This document shows, piece by piece, positions 15,429 to 25,658 of a stretch of 64,000 nucleotides of DNA (its first letter is position 1; every line of letters starts with the position of its first letter). This DNA is from a virus (taxonomy: Duplodnaviria > Heunggongvirae > Uroviricota > Caudoviricetes), in IMG/VR virus record IMGVR_UViG_3300042554_002914; one strand, written 5' to 3'. Position numbers and translations under genes: made by a program. Under the pieces are notes generated by a model. The model made no database searches, had not been told where the DNA came from, and saw only the letters and a list, made by a program, of their open reading frames with translations.

Positions 15429-15806
15429 TCAGTTTCCAAGGGAGAATTGAACAGGGGGCTGAGGTATGTTATTGACGGCGTAAGTAATGGCCACTAAATA
15501 AACACCGTCGTCCCCCCTGGTTACCCAATCCCCATTAACAGAGAGGGAAGTTAAACCTGAAACCTGTGATGTTATCGAAGTTTGAAATTCTGAATTAATT
15601 TGCCCAGGGTCCATTACATCGAGAGTATGGTCACCAACCCCGTAATCAGCTCTCATCACCCTTTCGAAAAATCTCGTCTCCACTACACTTCTGATCTCTT
15701 GAGATTTCAATTCAAAATCAGTACTTGTAGCTAAATTGCCATTTTCAATTCTTAAAGGGTAAGCTATGCCCCTTACAGTGGGGTATGTCGGTTGCGGCAC
15801 ACTCAT
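15429..15806 (-). CDS. Baseplate gp25/gpW-like protein
   Basis: GIAYPLRI...IRSVVET.FFERVMRADYG motif. Confidence 0.85.
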   Translation of the reverse strand: MSVPQPTYPTVRGIAYPLRIENGNLATSTDFELKSQEIRSVVETRFFERVMRADYGVGDHTLDVMDPGQINSEFQTSITSQVSGLTSLSVNGDWVTRGDDGVYLVAITYAVNNIPQPPVQFSLGN

Positions 15807-16087
15807 CTATAACACCTTAGAATTTGAAGCTCTAATTGTCTTACCCTCCTTTTTACCTCCTCTGTAGATAAGTCACTTCCCATGACTTTCTTCATTTCTA
15901 ACCTAATTTGACCATTCGGTAAAGACCCGTACAGTGATGGATCTGTCAGTTGTTCTGAAACTCTTTGATTGTCGCTATCTAGCATATAGAGGCAGAATGC
16001 TTCTAATGAAACACCCTGCCCCTTAGCTTCTTGTTCTAGCTTAGAAAAAAGAGAGTCAGGAATCTGTAGCTTTAATTCCTTGTTCAT
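15803..16087 (-). CDS. Ribbon-helix-helix-like DNA-binding protein
   Basis: LKLQIPDSLFSKLEQEAKGQGVSL pattern. Confidence 0.55.
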   Translation of the reverse strand: MNKELKLQIPDSLFSKLEQEAKGQGVSLEAFCLYMLDSDNQRVSEQLTDPSLYGSLPNGQIRLEMKKVMGSDLSTEEVKRRVRQLELQILRCYR

Positions 16088-16102
16088 TAACCCTCTTGTA
16101 GA

Positions 16103-19100
16103 TTAACCTAAGCCCCTTGATTGAAGTTCATTGCTCATTTGACCAATGGAAACTCTAATCAATCCAACATCGATTCTTTCCATTGTTGGGACAGGGACAT
16201 CATAGACTTGGACATTGACGATTCCGTTTTCCAAATCTTCGACCCTGTTGATCCTTTCGTCGCAGATGACTTGGAAAGCATCAGAAGGCTTAGCACCATA
16301 AAGAGCACCTTCGTTGTAAAGTTGACCCATGACGCTGTTGCCTATAGTGACAATCTGGTTGAAGATAACTCCAAAGCCATCAATTACCGAGAAGATCTGA
16401 TTATCAAATACCCTACGGAGCGAACCATAAACAACGTTTTGGATGACGCGGGTGTTGACAAATTGGAACTTACGTTGTTCGGGGATAGCAGGGTTGATCC
16501 TAGTTCTTCCGCCCCAGATAAAGATCGCAGAAGAAGCATAGCCAGGTAGGGTCCTAGCAACGTTGCAGCCTCTGGGATTCAACAAGTTCTGTTGAGCAGA
16601 GTTGACAGAAAGTTGAACGCTAACGGCATCGACAAGTTGATATTTAGTGCCAGCTGGAGGGAATTGGAACCCTTCTGAACGATAACGTCTTAGCGCAACA
16701 CCAGCCACATACGGGGAGAGAGGAATGTACTGACCCGCTGAATTAAGGATGTGTGGGCCATAGTAGGCAATAAATCCAAAAGCGTTAAAGTAGCGTTGGC
16801 TATCCTCTAGCAAGCGTGCTACATTATCGACACCAGCCTCTACGAATACGGCCTCTGGAACTCCCGAGTTCCCTACCCCACGTAAAGCATCATCGATAAT
16901 CTCAGTGGATGTAATGGCATCAAAGTTCCACAAATTGGTTAATGGTGTTTGCTCTTCGGTTAATACAAGTTCGACTTGTGAGCCATAGCAAACATGACCA
17001 ACGGAGGTTAAATCACCGCCAAGGGAATCGGCAGGGATAACCGCCCACTCATAATTAGAGCCGTTGAAGACCACAGCAATACGATCACCAACAACTACTG
17101 GGGTTGTCCCATCAGGAGCCAAACCAGCGGCAGTAATCACGTCGAAGTAAACACCTGAGAGGTTAGTAATTCTACCTTGGATGTCCCCTTTACCAGACCC
17201 ATTCAGCAGACCAACGGCGAGAGTGTAGGGTTTGGCACCTAATAGGATACCTGGGCCTGCGGTTATGGTGCCAACAGTAACTGTGAACAAGGTTCCGGAA
17301 CCGATTACAGCAGTAGAGGCAGAAAGCAAACTTCCGGCTGTGTGCCCAAAACCAGTGGCCTTCAGAGTCACAACGGTAACAATCCCACCAGCGACAGTGA
17401 TATCAGCCGTAGCCCCACTACCACTGCCACCTGTGAGGGGGACATTTGTGTAGATGCCATTGGTGTACCCTGTACCCCCGGTAATGGCGCCAAGAGTAGC
17501 GATAGGCCCCCTGGTAGCTGTTCCGGTTGGATTGTAGGAGCCACCATTAATAGCATCGATAGCTGGAACTAAGTATGCCTGCGATGTGAAATTTTGAGTT
17601 GTAGTCGGGGCGCAAATATAGTTTTGAGTTGTAGTCTGAATATCACCCGGGTCAACCAAGTCCAAAGAAGGTAGCCAACCGGCAGAGGTGGTTTCACCGT
17701 ACGGGAAAATTAACTCTTTGCCAAGAACCTTAGAACTTCTGTTCAGGTAGATGGATACGGTGGGGTTGTCTATATTTGGTACCGGTGCTACAGATGCTCT
17801 AGCGGCCTGGCTTGCGACAATACCGCTGTTTAGACCATATTTCCTGGCTCTAATGAGTGGAATAGTGGTTAATTCAGCCAGGTTAACCGACGTCAGATTG
17901 CCACCCAATACACCCGAGTATAAAATAGTCGGTGCTGTGGAAATCGATGCAGATGGATAAATAACATAAGAACCAGACAGGTACCCCGTATAGCTGGTAG
18001 CTAGTAGGATAGTGTCATTATCCAGAACTTTGACGTAGTAGGGATTAATGGAGTTAGAGGTCGTTGCCTTTAGTAAGGTTGCAGCCCCCGCCAAAACAGT
18101 CTGAGTAAAGAAGACCTTTTGGCCATTGACTAATCCGTGTCCTTTCAGTTCAAAAGCCGCATATCCCACAGAACCACCAGGGAATGTGTAGGAACTAATA
18201 CTGGCAGAAGGGTTTAAAAGGGTTCTTGAAATAAAATTCAGCCTGTAATCCCTAGTGGAAGCCTGTAAGGTCGCAGGTAGGTGCAGGGTGTTGACGTATG
18301 TAGTCTCACCTGTGGTGTTCTGAAGGAGGTTAGAGGGTTGTCCGCTGATTTCAACGGGCCAATTCCAACTAGAAACCCCATAGGTAACAATAGCTGTAGA
18401 TCCAGTGGGAGTGCCAACCACATAAGCACCGTTCGCTGCAGCAACACCGGACCCAATAAGAGCAGTTCCACCAGCAGCTAGGACTGCAGTCAGTACAGAA
18501 GTAGCCTCTGAAGCTGTGGCAGTAATGTAGACGTATTGTGTGTTACCATCTGATGGGTAGGTGCCATACAGATTTGTATTATATGGTGGTGCTACGATGT
18601 AAACAGTCGCCGAAGTTTCACCTACACCGAACAACCCAGCAAAATCTGCACCGGCATTACTGATGGTAACTTCTTGAATGTCATATTTGACGGGCCAAAC
18701 TGCGCCATCAATGTAGAATACGCCATCATCAGATTGACCGACTACAGATTCTACTGTAAAGACGGCAGGGTCTAGAAGACCAACCTTTTCACCAGCGGTT
18801 ACTGATTCTGTAGATTGTTCTACGGCTACTTGAGGGTCATAGCCCGAAATCAAAGATTGATATGGCAAACGTCTGTAAGTAACGTCATTGCCGGTCCATT
18901 CATAGATGGTATTATCAACCAAATACTTCAAACCCATTACCAAATCTTCGGCCGGCTGGTGTGGGATATAGTTTTTATACTTATTGATATCTGTAACTAA
19001 GAACGAGCCACTATCTGCCAAAGCCAGCCACTTAAAGTTACCATCTTCGCAATGGGCCGCAGCAGCAGCTCCCACGGCAGTTCTACCTGCAGCATCAAAC

Positions 19101-20005
19101 TGCGCATATGCAGTGGGCGATAGCAGATACCCCTGGTCTTGTTGTCCGTCAAATGCAGTTCTGATGCACTGAACATAGTCTTGAGGGACCCTTTCCAGGC
19201 TAGTCTGGGCACAATCAATAGTTCCGACCACATAGCAATCGGTCATTAAGATTTTAGCAGCGCCTACAATGAATTGTTCAGGTACTACTTGGATAGTCCC
19301 GTCAAAAGTTGTAGCTGCCAGGACTGCAAATCCGCTTTCTGAATTTGTCTCAGGGCAAAGGGTATTTACTAGGCCCGACTCCCTAACATAGACGGAGCTG
19401 CTAATGCTAGGATTAGACTCAATTGCAGCAGCAAATGCGTTGACGATCGCAGATGAAATCTTACGGTTATTTACTTCGTCCCCAACGATATAACCAACGG
19501 GGATAGTAACAGGGACACCGAGCCACTCGCCATCGGCAGTATAACCAGTGGAGCCATCTCCAGCCACTAACTTTTGGCCATTAAGGATCATTTGGATATA
19601 CACCTGGTCACCAGCTTCGAGCTGGGAGGGTAATCCAGTGGAATTGATTTTGGTGCCAGAAGGTAGAAACTCAATTTCAGCAATCTGGGTTGGTGTTCCT
19701 ACTCTGACAACACGAACGTCCCCAACTTGTTGGGCATTTAGGAAAAGTTCATTTACACAATTATAGCTAAGAAGGGGGATTTTTTCGGTGGGTACTCCGC
19801 CTACTAGGGCCCTATAGTCATTTAAAGAAGTGATGACGACCGGGGTGTTAAACGGAAAGCGACTTACTGGGACAGAGTCCTCAGCCTCCACCAACATATA
19901 GGCAGTGTTAAATGTTGCGATTGGCGCGGCTGTAATATTGCCAGCGACTTCGTTTATGAATGTACCAGGGGCCCCAGGGGTGGTGCCAAAAGAGAAAGTT
20001 GCCAT
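16103..20005 (-). CDS. Tail sheath protein, 1300 aa with large insertion
   Basis: N-terminal APGTFINE; C-terminal YYGP...SPYVAG...PPAG...LLNPRGCN...IWGGRT...FVNTR. Confidence 0.92.
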   Translation of the reverse strand: MATFSFGTTPGAPGTFINEVAGNITAAPIATFNTAYMLVEAEDSVPVSRFPFNTPVVITSLNDYRALVGGVPTEKIPLLSYNCVNELFLNAQQVGDVRVVRVGTPTQIAEIEFLPSGTKINSTGLPSQLEAGDQVYIQMILNGQKLVAGDGSTGYTADGEWLGVPVTIPVGYIVGDEVNNRKISSAIVNAFAAAIESNPSISSSVYVRESGLVNTLCPETNSESGFAVLAATTFDGTIQVVPEQFIVGAAKILMTDCYVVGTIDCAQTSLERVPQDYVQCIRTAFDGQQDQGYLLSPTAYAQFDAAGRTAVGAAAAAHCEDGNFKWLALADSGSFLVTDINKYKNYIPHQPAEDLVMGLKYLVDNTIYEWTGNDVTYRRLPYQSLISGYDPQVAVEQSTESVTAGEKVGLLDPAVFTVESVVGQSDDGVFYIDGAVWPVKYDIQEVTISNAGADFAGLFGVGETSATVYIVAPPYNTNLYGTYPSDGNTQYVYITATASEATSVLTAVLAAGGTALIGSGVAAANGAYVVGTPTGSTAIVTYGVSSWNWPVEISGQPSNLLQNTTGETTYVNTLHLPATLQASTRDYRLNFISRTLLNPSASISSYTFPGGSVGYAAFELKGHGLVNGQKVFFTQTVLAGAATLLKATTSNSINPYYVKVLDNDTILLATSYTGYLSGSYVIYPSASISTAPTILYSGVLGGNLTSVNLAELTTIPLIRARKYGLNSGIVASQAARASVAPVPNIDNPTVSIYLNRSSKVLGKELIFPYGETTSAGWLPSLDLVDPGDIQTTTQNYICAPTTTQNFTSQAYLVPAIDAINGGSYNPTGTATRGPIATLGAITGGTGYTNGIYTNVPLTGGSGSGATADITVAGGIVTVVTLKATGFGHTAGSLLSASTAVIGSGTLFTVTVGTITAGPGILLGAKPYTLAVGLLNGSGKGDIQGRITNLSGVYFDVITAAGLAPDGTTPVVVGDRIAVVFNGSNYEWAVIPADSLGGDLTSVGHVCYGSQVELVLTEEQTPLTNLWNFDAITSTEIIDDALRGVGNSGVPEAVFVEAGVDNVARLLEDSQRYFNAFGFIAYYGPHILNSAGQYIPLSPYVAGVALRRYRSEGFQFPPAGTKYQLVDAVSVQLSVNSAQQNLLNPRGCNVARTLPGYASSAIFIWGGRTRINPAIPEQRKFQFVNTRVIQNVVYGSLRRVFDNQIFSVIDGFGVIFNQIVTIGNSVMGQLYNEGALYGAKPSDAFQVICDERINRVEDLENGIVNVQVYDVPVPTMERIDVGLIRVSIGQMSNELQSRGLG

Positions 20006-20179
20006 TTTATATTTAGTATTCCCCCTTTACCTAATCCTCGTACCGGCGGGGATAACTCCGGTGGTGGTGCCCGTAGGCCAAGGATTGTTTATGGACAATT
20101 AATATTTACCCACCATTGAATCGGCATTCTTTCCGGCCTGAATAGTGATGCCCCTAGCCAAAGATTGGAGGTTTTTATC

Positions 20180-20545
20180 CTATTGGTTACCAGTATCGGA
20201 ATGGATACTAGCGGCTGACCAACCGTTGTTTCTTTCTACATCACTTAAAGACAATCTGGTGTATCTCGATAAGGACTCAGCGTAAGACTCTTGAGAAGAG
20301 AAAGGGAAGAAGTCTCCAACAGAGTTTGTAACGGGGGACAGTACGGGGGATTGTTGGGTTAACCCCACAGACGTAACTGACCCAGTAACACTACCCGGGT
20401 TAAGAATTGTCCCTAAAGGGGGATTTTTTACTACAGACCATGTAGGATTATTATCTAGAACTTCCCTATATGAGAGGGAGTTTGAGTATAGAGCAAAACC
20501 CAGTCTTCTCCAGGTTGAACCAGATTGAAAAACTAGGTTTGCCAT
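20180..20545 (-). CDS. Tail protein X/LysM-like baseplate protein
   Basis: FQSGSTWRRLGFALY...YREVLDNNP...PLGTIL pattern. Confidence 0.5.
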   Translation of the reverse strand: MANLVFQSGSTWRRLGFALYSNSLSYREVLDNNPTWSVVKNPPLGTILNPGSVTGSVTSVGLTQQSPVLSPVTNSVGDFFPFSSQESYAESLSRYTRLSLSDVERNNGWSAASIHSDTGNQ

Positions 20546-20548
20546 CTA

Positions 20549-20998
20549 TCAGGTTCCTCTTTTTGCTTTTGCCATCAGGCGAGCACCAACTTCAGTACCA
20601 CGAGTTAGGGGGAAGCCATTATCCCTAGAAACTTCCTTAACTTCGTTATTAAGTTGACTCGAAGGTACAAATGGGTCTACTTCCGGGGAGTTTAACCTGT
20701 TGGAAAGTTTCTCTTGGATGGACGCCTCGATAGACTCCTTAGTGGGTTTATCCTTAATGGCAGTGCTCTCGGCTGTTTTAAGGTCGATTACAGCGGGTTC
20801 GTGTGATTCGTGTGATTCGGGCTCTAAACCAGGGGGTTCTGTGGGGCCTGGCACCATGGCTACGGGATGCTCAGGGGTTTCTGGATTGGGTGCAATTTCA
20901 GCAGCTGGATTTTCGTCCCAGGCTTCATTTACGTTAGGGGTAGTTGGGTCATCACCAACAAATTTACCGAGGGGGTCTTTAGCGCGTTGTCTTGTCAT
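20549..20998 (-). CDS. Hypothetical protein
   Basis: RAKDPLGKFVGDDPTTPNVNEAW N-terminus; tight operon packing. Confidence 0.6.
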   Translation of the reverse strand: MTRQRAKDPLGKFVGDDPTTPNVNEAWDENPAAEIAPNPETPEHPVAMVPGPTEPPGLEPESHESHEPAVIDLKTAESTAIKDKPTKESIEASIQEKLSNRLNSPEVDPFVPSSQLNNEVKEVSRDNGFPLTRGTEVGARLMAKAKRGT

Positions 20999-21000
20999 GG

Positions 21001-21411
21001 TTATTTAAGAATGTGTTTCCAGGCAATGTCAGATAATTTATCAAGGGAGCTATCTGGTACTCCCATCCATGGGCGAGCGGGCATTTTTTTAGTTCCAAAT
21101 TGGTTGAACACCCCCCATGGAGTCGTATCGACTAAGAATCTATTACCCCAAGGTCTAACCACGGCTGTGTTAAACATCTCACCGGTCTCCCTTAGGATAA
21201 ATCTAGACCCATACCCCTCGGCATCTTTTTCTTTTATGGTCTCCGGATCTAGTTTAACCCAGGGTTTACCTTCGTAGTCAGTTTCAGCATACCAATGGGG
21301 CTTATTTTCCTCCAGAAGAGCAGGAGCCCATTCCACTTTGGCAGGACCCCACCACCCTAATTTAAAGGGTTGCATAGAGCCCGGTTCCTTTAGGGTGACT
21401 TTAATTTTCAT
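21001..21411 (-). CDS. Virion morphogenesis/tail completion protein (Mu gpG-like)
   Basis: ILRETGEM and NQFGTKKMPARPWMG motifs. Confidence 0.75.
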   Translation of the reverse strand: MKIKVTLKEPGSMQPFKLGWWGPAKVEWAPALLEENKPHWYAETDYEGKPWVKLDPETIKEKDAEGYGSRFILRETGEMFNTAVVRPWGNRFLVDTTPWGVFNQFGTKKMPARPWMGVPDSSLDKLSDIAWKHILK

Positions 21412-22129
21412 TTCTTTTTCATTAGGCTCTCTTGTTCTTCGGCGTATTTTTTATTGACTTCAATCATGGCTCTAATTTTGCTCATAGGTTGAGTTTCCAA
21501 CCAATCGATAGATGAATCCCACCGTTGTTTGCATAAGTGAAACGCGACTTCAAGCCAATTTTCCACCGACAGGATATTTTCTTGGAAGATAGTTGTCACT
21601 GCCCAGTCAATTAATACTTTGAAAATTTTAGACGGGGTTTCATCGATGGCGTCGGTATTTAAGATCACCCTTAGAAGAAGCGGTAGGAAGCTCTTCTCAC
21701 CATTCCTGAGGATTTGTGCCTTATAGAAGTCTTTGGGGGTTATCTCCCTAAGGTGAAATGGCCCCCACCCGTCTATAGTTACAAGATATGAAAAGTCGTC
21801 TTGATCCTCAATTATGATTTTGGGTCAACTACAACTTCCCCCATTGCCTTGCCGACTAACTCACTGATTTTTTTAATGTCCGAGAGACGAAGATCAGCAA
21901 TTTCGTCAAAGGAAATTTTATCCTCACCGATTGTTAATCGTTCGGCCAATAGAAAGCTTTGCTTGGCTTGTTTGAATTCACCAAGTTCTTCTTCTAGGTA
22001 AATTAAATCCCTGCCGGTCATTTCCCTAATTGTGAGGGTTCGGCCGTCAGACAAAGTTTCACTATAAGTCTCAAGCCCAGTGACTGGTGTAGTCTTTACT
22101 GTGGTGGTTTCGTTGGATACGGTTCGCAT
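21408..22129 (-). CDS. Tail assembly chaperone pair: 105-aa product (21812-22129) and ~240-aa -1 frameshift product
   Basis: LTIREMTGRDL motif; slippery C-CCA-AAA at 21824-21818 just before TAA; -1 frame open to 21408. Confidence 0.75.
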
Positions 22130-22362
22130 TTGGTTTTTATTGAGGGATACTCAGTGAGTTTTACCCTACTTGCCACCAGATGCCTTTCCAATTCTGCATC
22201 ACCTTTCCCAGCAGGAAGTTTGAGATATAGATGGTTAGCTGTCTGCCAGCTTTTTTCAGCCCCATCTAAATCCCCCATATCGACCCTATCGCTAACATCA
22301 TCAATCCAACTACGGATAACTTCTTTGCGAAACTGTGGGTCTAAGGGTAGCGGAAATGGCAT
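22096..22362 (-). CDS. Hypothetical protein
   Basis: 88-aa ORF, co-oriented. Confidence 0.55.
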   Translation of the reverse strand: MPFPLPLDPQFRKEVIRSWIDDVSDRVDMGDLDGAEKSWQTANHLYLKLPAGKGDAELERHLVASRVKLTEYPSIKTKCEPYPTKPPQ

Positions 22363-22414
22363 GTTGCTGTTTGGGTTGGAACGTAGTAACTCCTATGGGC
22401 TTAGTGCCCAATAG

Positions 22415-22612
22415 TCAAAGGGCTTTAAGCATTTGGACAACTTGATCTTCAGAGTAGTAAAGAGCATTATATGCGCAATCGACTGAAGAAGGGATGAATT
22501 TATCTTTTTTATCGAAGGGTTGCGGCATATAGAAAGTACCGAGGGACCCGGGATGCGCAATAACGATGGCAGAAACAGCGCGATTCTTTTTCAGTTTTGG
22601 TTGTGTTGTCAT
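22415..22612 (-). CDS. Hypothetical protein
   Basis: 65-aa ORF, co-oriented. Confidence 0.45.
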   Translation of the reverse strand: MTTQPKLKKNRAVSAIVIAHPGSLGTFYMPQPFDKKDKFIPSSVDCAYNALYYSEDQVVQMLKAL

Positions 22613-22653
22613 GGTGTTTTTGTGATTAGTTTTAGTTAAAGGTAAGTTAAAAG

Positions 22654-25599
22654 CTAAATGAGTCCTTTCTGGATTGAGTCATACCGGAAAGTTAGCTTAC
22701 TGACAGCACCCAATTCAAATAGTTGAGTCATTGAGTATTCAACCCCAGGTGGTTCATCACCCCCAGACTGATTGGATGGAGTTACCGTATTCTCTTTTGG
22801 GGACTTCCGGAGCCTATCATCAATGGCAACCGAGGAGAAAAACGCACGGCTCAATGGTAATTCGGGTATTTCCATCGCGTAGTGGAATAAACACCAAGTG
22901 AAAAGGTGGGCAATCTGGAATAACACGGCAAACTGCTCTGCGTATTTTTCCGGTGTCATAAAATGCAGTTCATCATGGATGCTAATTATGAATCGGTAGG
23001 GGATCTTAAACTCTTCGGCCAGCCATGCCACGGCAGTTAAGGTGATAGACAGGATTTCGGACCCTGAAGCTTGAATTGCCCAGTTGGTCCTCCCCGTCTT
23101 AAAATCATTGCCGACTGCAGATGGCATCATGGCCGTTGAGATTTTTGTCCCCAAACACGGCAACCGGGGGGTCCCTGGCCCCATGGAAATTCTTTCCATC
23201 ATATTGAAAGCACCTGAGTCTGATCCACCTTCGTATTTGCCGAACCTTAAGACCCCCTTCTTAGACGCAATAGCTTTAAGGGCAAAAGTTTTGACCGCAT
23301 CTTCGTCTTTATCGGGGAAGGTCATTCGGATTGGGTTACTAAGGGCTCTGACGCTCCCGCCATACAAGGTAGCAAATCCTACAATCTTGGCCAGGTCTCT
23401 AGCTATTTTAAGCATAGTGTCTTTTTCCTTATCAATTGGAGACACCCAGTAGCCATCACGGGAGCGGCAATCATCGCTGTCTTCAGGTTTTTGCTCATAT
23501 TTATAGCAAATCCCCAGGGTCTTATCCCAAATTAGACCATCATACAATTCCGGGAAGATCGCTCGGGCCAATGCAGTGTGAGGATCAGTACCATTCTCTT
23601 TAGAACCAGAAAGCACGTTATACCCCATGGGCGAACACCCAATGAAACCGCCTTCCCATTTATCACTATAGATAGACGCAATCTGCATCTCTTGGCCGTC
23701 ATAGTCCGCACTAATGATTTTCCACCCCTCCGGGGCCTGTACACGGGTCTTAAGCTCGGTTCCGATGCGCCAGCTCTTGGTAGAGCACATGGTGGCCATA
23801 AGGCTCTCTACGACCCTACGGGTGACGGTTCCGTGGCAGACGATCTCTGGCAGGGTAACGAGGTTAGGTTTTCCCAGGGGGTTGGTGGCCCCCATGACAA
23901 TACGGCTTTTAACTCGGCTGCGAACTGATGTCCAAAAACTAATGGCATTAGCAATTTCCAGTGCCCTTTTTGCCTCGGGTAAGTCACTACTTAGTCTTCC
24001 AACTTCCATGTGAGTAACGAACTCTTTAGAGAATAGGCCGCCTACGTTTTCGCCGGGTTTCTTAGGGTGTGGGATTCTATCCAGGGTGCCGTCTCCCGTA
24101 GTAAAACACCAACCTTGTCCATCTTCCCATATGATGGGGGTGCCTTCCCATTTTAGTTTCAATAGGAAATGCGATAGTTTGCTTTTAACACCAATCTCCT
24201 TATCAGGGTCCTTCTTATAGGGCCTCATCCAAGTGGGGACCCATGCGTAGACACCCTTGATAGACTTCACTTCCCAATCTAATTGGCGAATCCACGGGTC
24301 TTTTGACACCCATTTACTTGCCTCTTTGACCCCAATTTCCTTTGTTTCGTGGCTATCTACTATTTCCTTCCATGAATTGAAAGTATCCCATAGCAAAGTT
24401 TTACAAAGACCGGTCATTTCCTGGTTATGGCTGTTATAGACTTCTTCAGCCCCTTGCACCCATTCAAACCAGTTGTCCACTAGCGGCACCACAGACCCAT
24501 TCAGGTGGTAATGCCCGCAAAGCCCCACCATTGATGGTGTACTATCAAGGTATTTTGGCCATAGTGCCTGGAATAACTCTGAAGTATAATAAGCGTCCTT
24601 AATGGCGTAATCAACTGTCTCGGCTAGTACCTTATTGATTTCGGAAAGCGTATCAGCGGTGACAAAAATGTTCCTAATTTCCTTGTCGGAATCTGATAGT
24701 GGCTTTACATCGCCATCGTCAAAGAAAAATTCTTTTGCCCGTTGAACATGGAAGTTGTATGTTTTAACTAGGGAGTTTGTGCTCCCCCTGTCAAGCCATT
24801 CCGGAGAATACTTAAGTTTCCGCTTCTCATCATCATCAAGCAAATCAAAGTCCTTTTCAGCCAGCGCATAAAGCCACCTCTGACCTGATGCTAAGCCTGA
24901 TACGCCAACGTGCGCTGACAGGGTGTCAAAGTAGAAATTTTCCGGTTTGGTAAAATCTAGCGAATAACCCTCTTGGGCCCTCACACGGTCATAGGATATA
25001 TTGTGGCCAATGACAAGCCTGTCAGTCCCAATTGGAATAAGTTTAAATTGATCCCAATCATTTTGGGGAATATCAAGGTCAATCAGCTCGGCGGCTAACC
25101 AAATATAGGCGGCCCTATCACTTAGAGCAGTTCCAATAATGGGAAAGGCCCCACCTTTAACGAAAGTTTCCGTGTCGAATGTAAATACTTCTTCCTCGGG
25201 GTAGGGTACTTTTCTAGTTTGCCATTGCTTGTTGGGGCCATCCCCGATAAGCTCATACCGTGTCCACCCCGGTTGAAATACTAAATCGTTGATTGACGGG
25301 ATCTTTGGTAGGGCACATTTGGCAAATTTATTGCCTAGTTCCTTATAGCGTCCAACTTGATTTTCTGCAATCTTTTCAAAGTGGTCGCGGATATTGTTAG
25401 CCTTTAGGTTAGGCAGGGGGACTGGCCCATCATAGATGCTTTCGGGATAATCAACGGGGGCCTCAATCCCAAATTTCCTCAAAAGGGAAACGGCCTGGTC
25501 CTTTTGCTTGCTATTCATTTCGGGCCTATAGTCAGATCCAAAAATCTTTAGGTGCAAGTCATCGGACAAGACCGGGTAGCCAAGGGCAGTAGTTTTCAT
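22654..25599 (-). CDS. Family A DNA polymerase, mitochondrial Pol-gamma-like
   Basis: Exo motifs FDTE, IGHNISYDRVR, DTLSAHVGVSG, YAIKD; GTVTRR, RIGTELKTRVQAPEG, ADYDGQE, RDLAKIVGFATLYG, NWAIQASG, ISIHDE. Confidence 0.9.
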   Translation of the reverse strand: MKTTALGYPVLSDDLHLKIFGSDYRPEMNSKQKDQAVSLLRKFGIEAPVDYPESIYDGPVPLPNLKANNIRDHFEKIAENQVGRYKELGNKFAKCALPKIPSINDLVFQPGWTRYELIGDGPNKQWQTRKVPYPEEEVFTFDTETFVKGGAFPIIGTALSDRAAYIWLAAELIDLDIPQNDWDQFKLIPIGTDRLVIGHNISYDRVRAQEGYSLDFTKPENFYFDTLSAHVGVSGLASGQRWLYALAEKDFDLLDDDEKRKLKYSPEWLDRGSTNSLVKTYNFHVQRAKEFFFDDGDVKPLSDSDKEIRNIFVTADTLSEINKVLAETVDYAIKDAYYTSELFQALWPKYLDSTPSMVGLCGHYHLNGSVVPLVDNWFEWVQGAEEVYNSHNQEMTGLCKTLLWDTFNSWKEIVDSHETKEIGVKEASKWVSKDPWIRQLDWEVKSIKGVYAWVPTWMRPYKKDPDKEIGVKSKLSHFLLKLKWEGTPIIWEDGQGWCFTTGDGTLDRIPHPKKPGENVGGLFSKEFVTHMEVGRLSSDLPEAKRALEIANAISFWTSVRSRVKSRIVMGATNPLGKPNLVTLPEIVCHGTVTRRVVESLMATMCSTKSWRIGTELKTRVQAPEGWKIISADYDGQEMQIASIYSDKWEGGFIGCSPMGYNVLSGSKENGTDPHTALARAIFPELYDGLIWDKTLGICYKYEQKPEDSDDCRSRDGYWVSPIDKEKDTMLKIARDLAKIVGFATLYGGSVRALSNPIRMTFPDKDEDAVKTFALKAIASKKGVLRFGKYEGGSDSGAFNMMERISMGPGTPRLPCLGTKISTAMMPSAVGNDFKTGRTNWAIQASGSEILSITLTAVAWLAEEFKIPYRFIISIHDELHFMTPEKYAEQFAVLFQIAHLFTWCLFHYAMEIPELPLSRAFFSSVAIDDRLRKSPKENTVTPSNQSGGDEPPGVEYSMTQLFELGAVSKLTFRYDSIQKGLI

Positions 25600-25613
25600 C
25601 GGCGTTAGGTTGA

Positions 25614-25649
25614 TTGACTGTGGGCTATTTGACTGTGGGCTATTTGACT
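25614..25649. repeat. Short tandem repeat (TTGACTGTGGGCTAT)x2.4
   Basis: Seen directly, upstream of the polymerase start. Confidence 0.7.
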
Positions 25650-25658
25650 ATTTAGCCA

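Noticed and set aside
1-22129. Bacterial contractile injection system or tailocin
   Set aside because: Portal, protease, capsid and replicase genes show it is a phage
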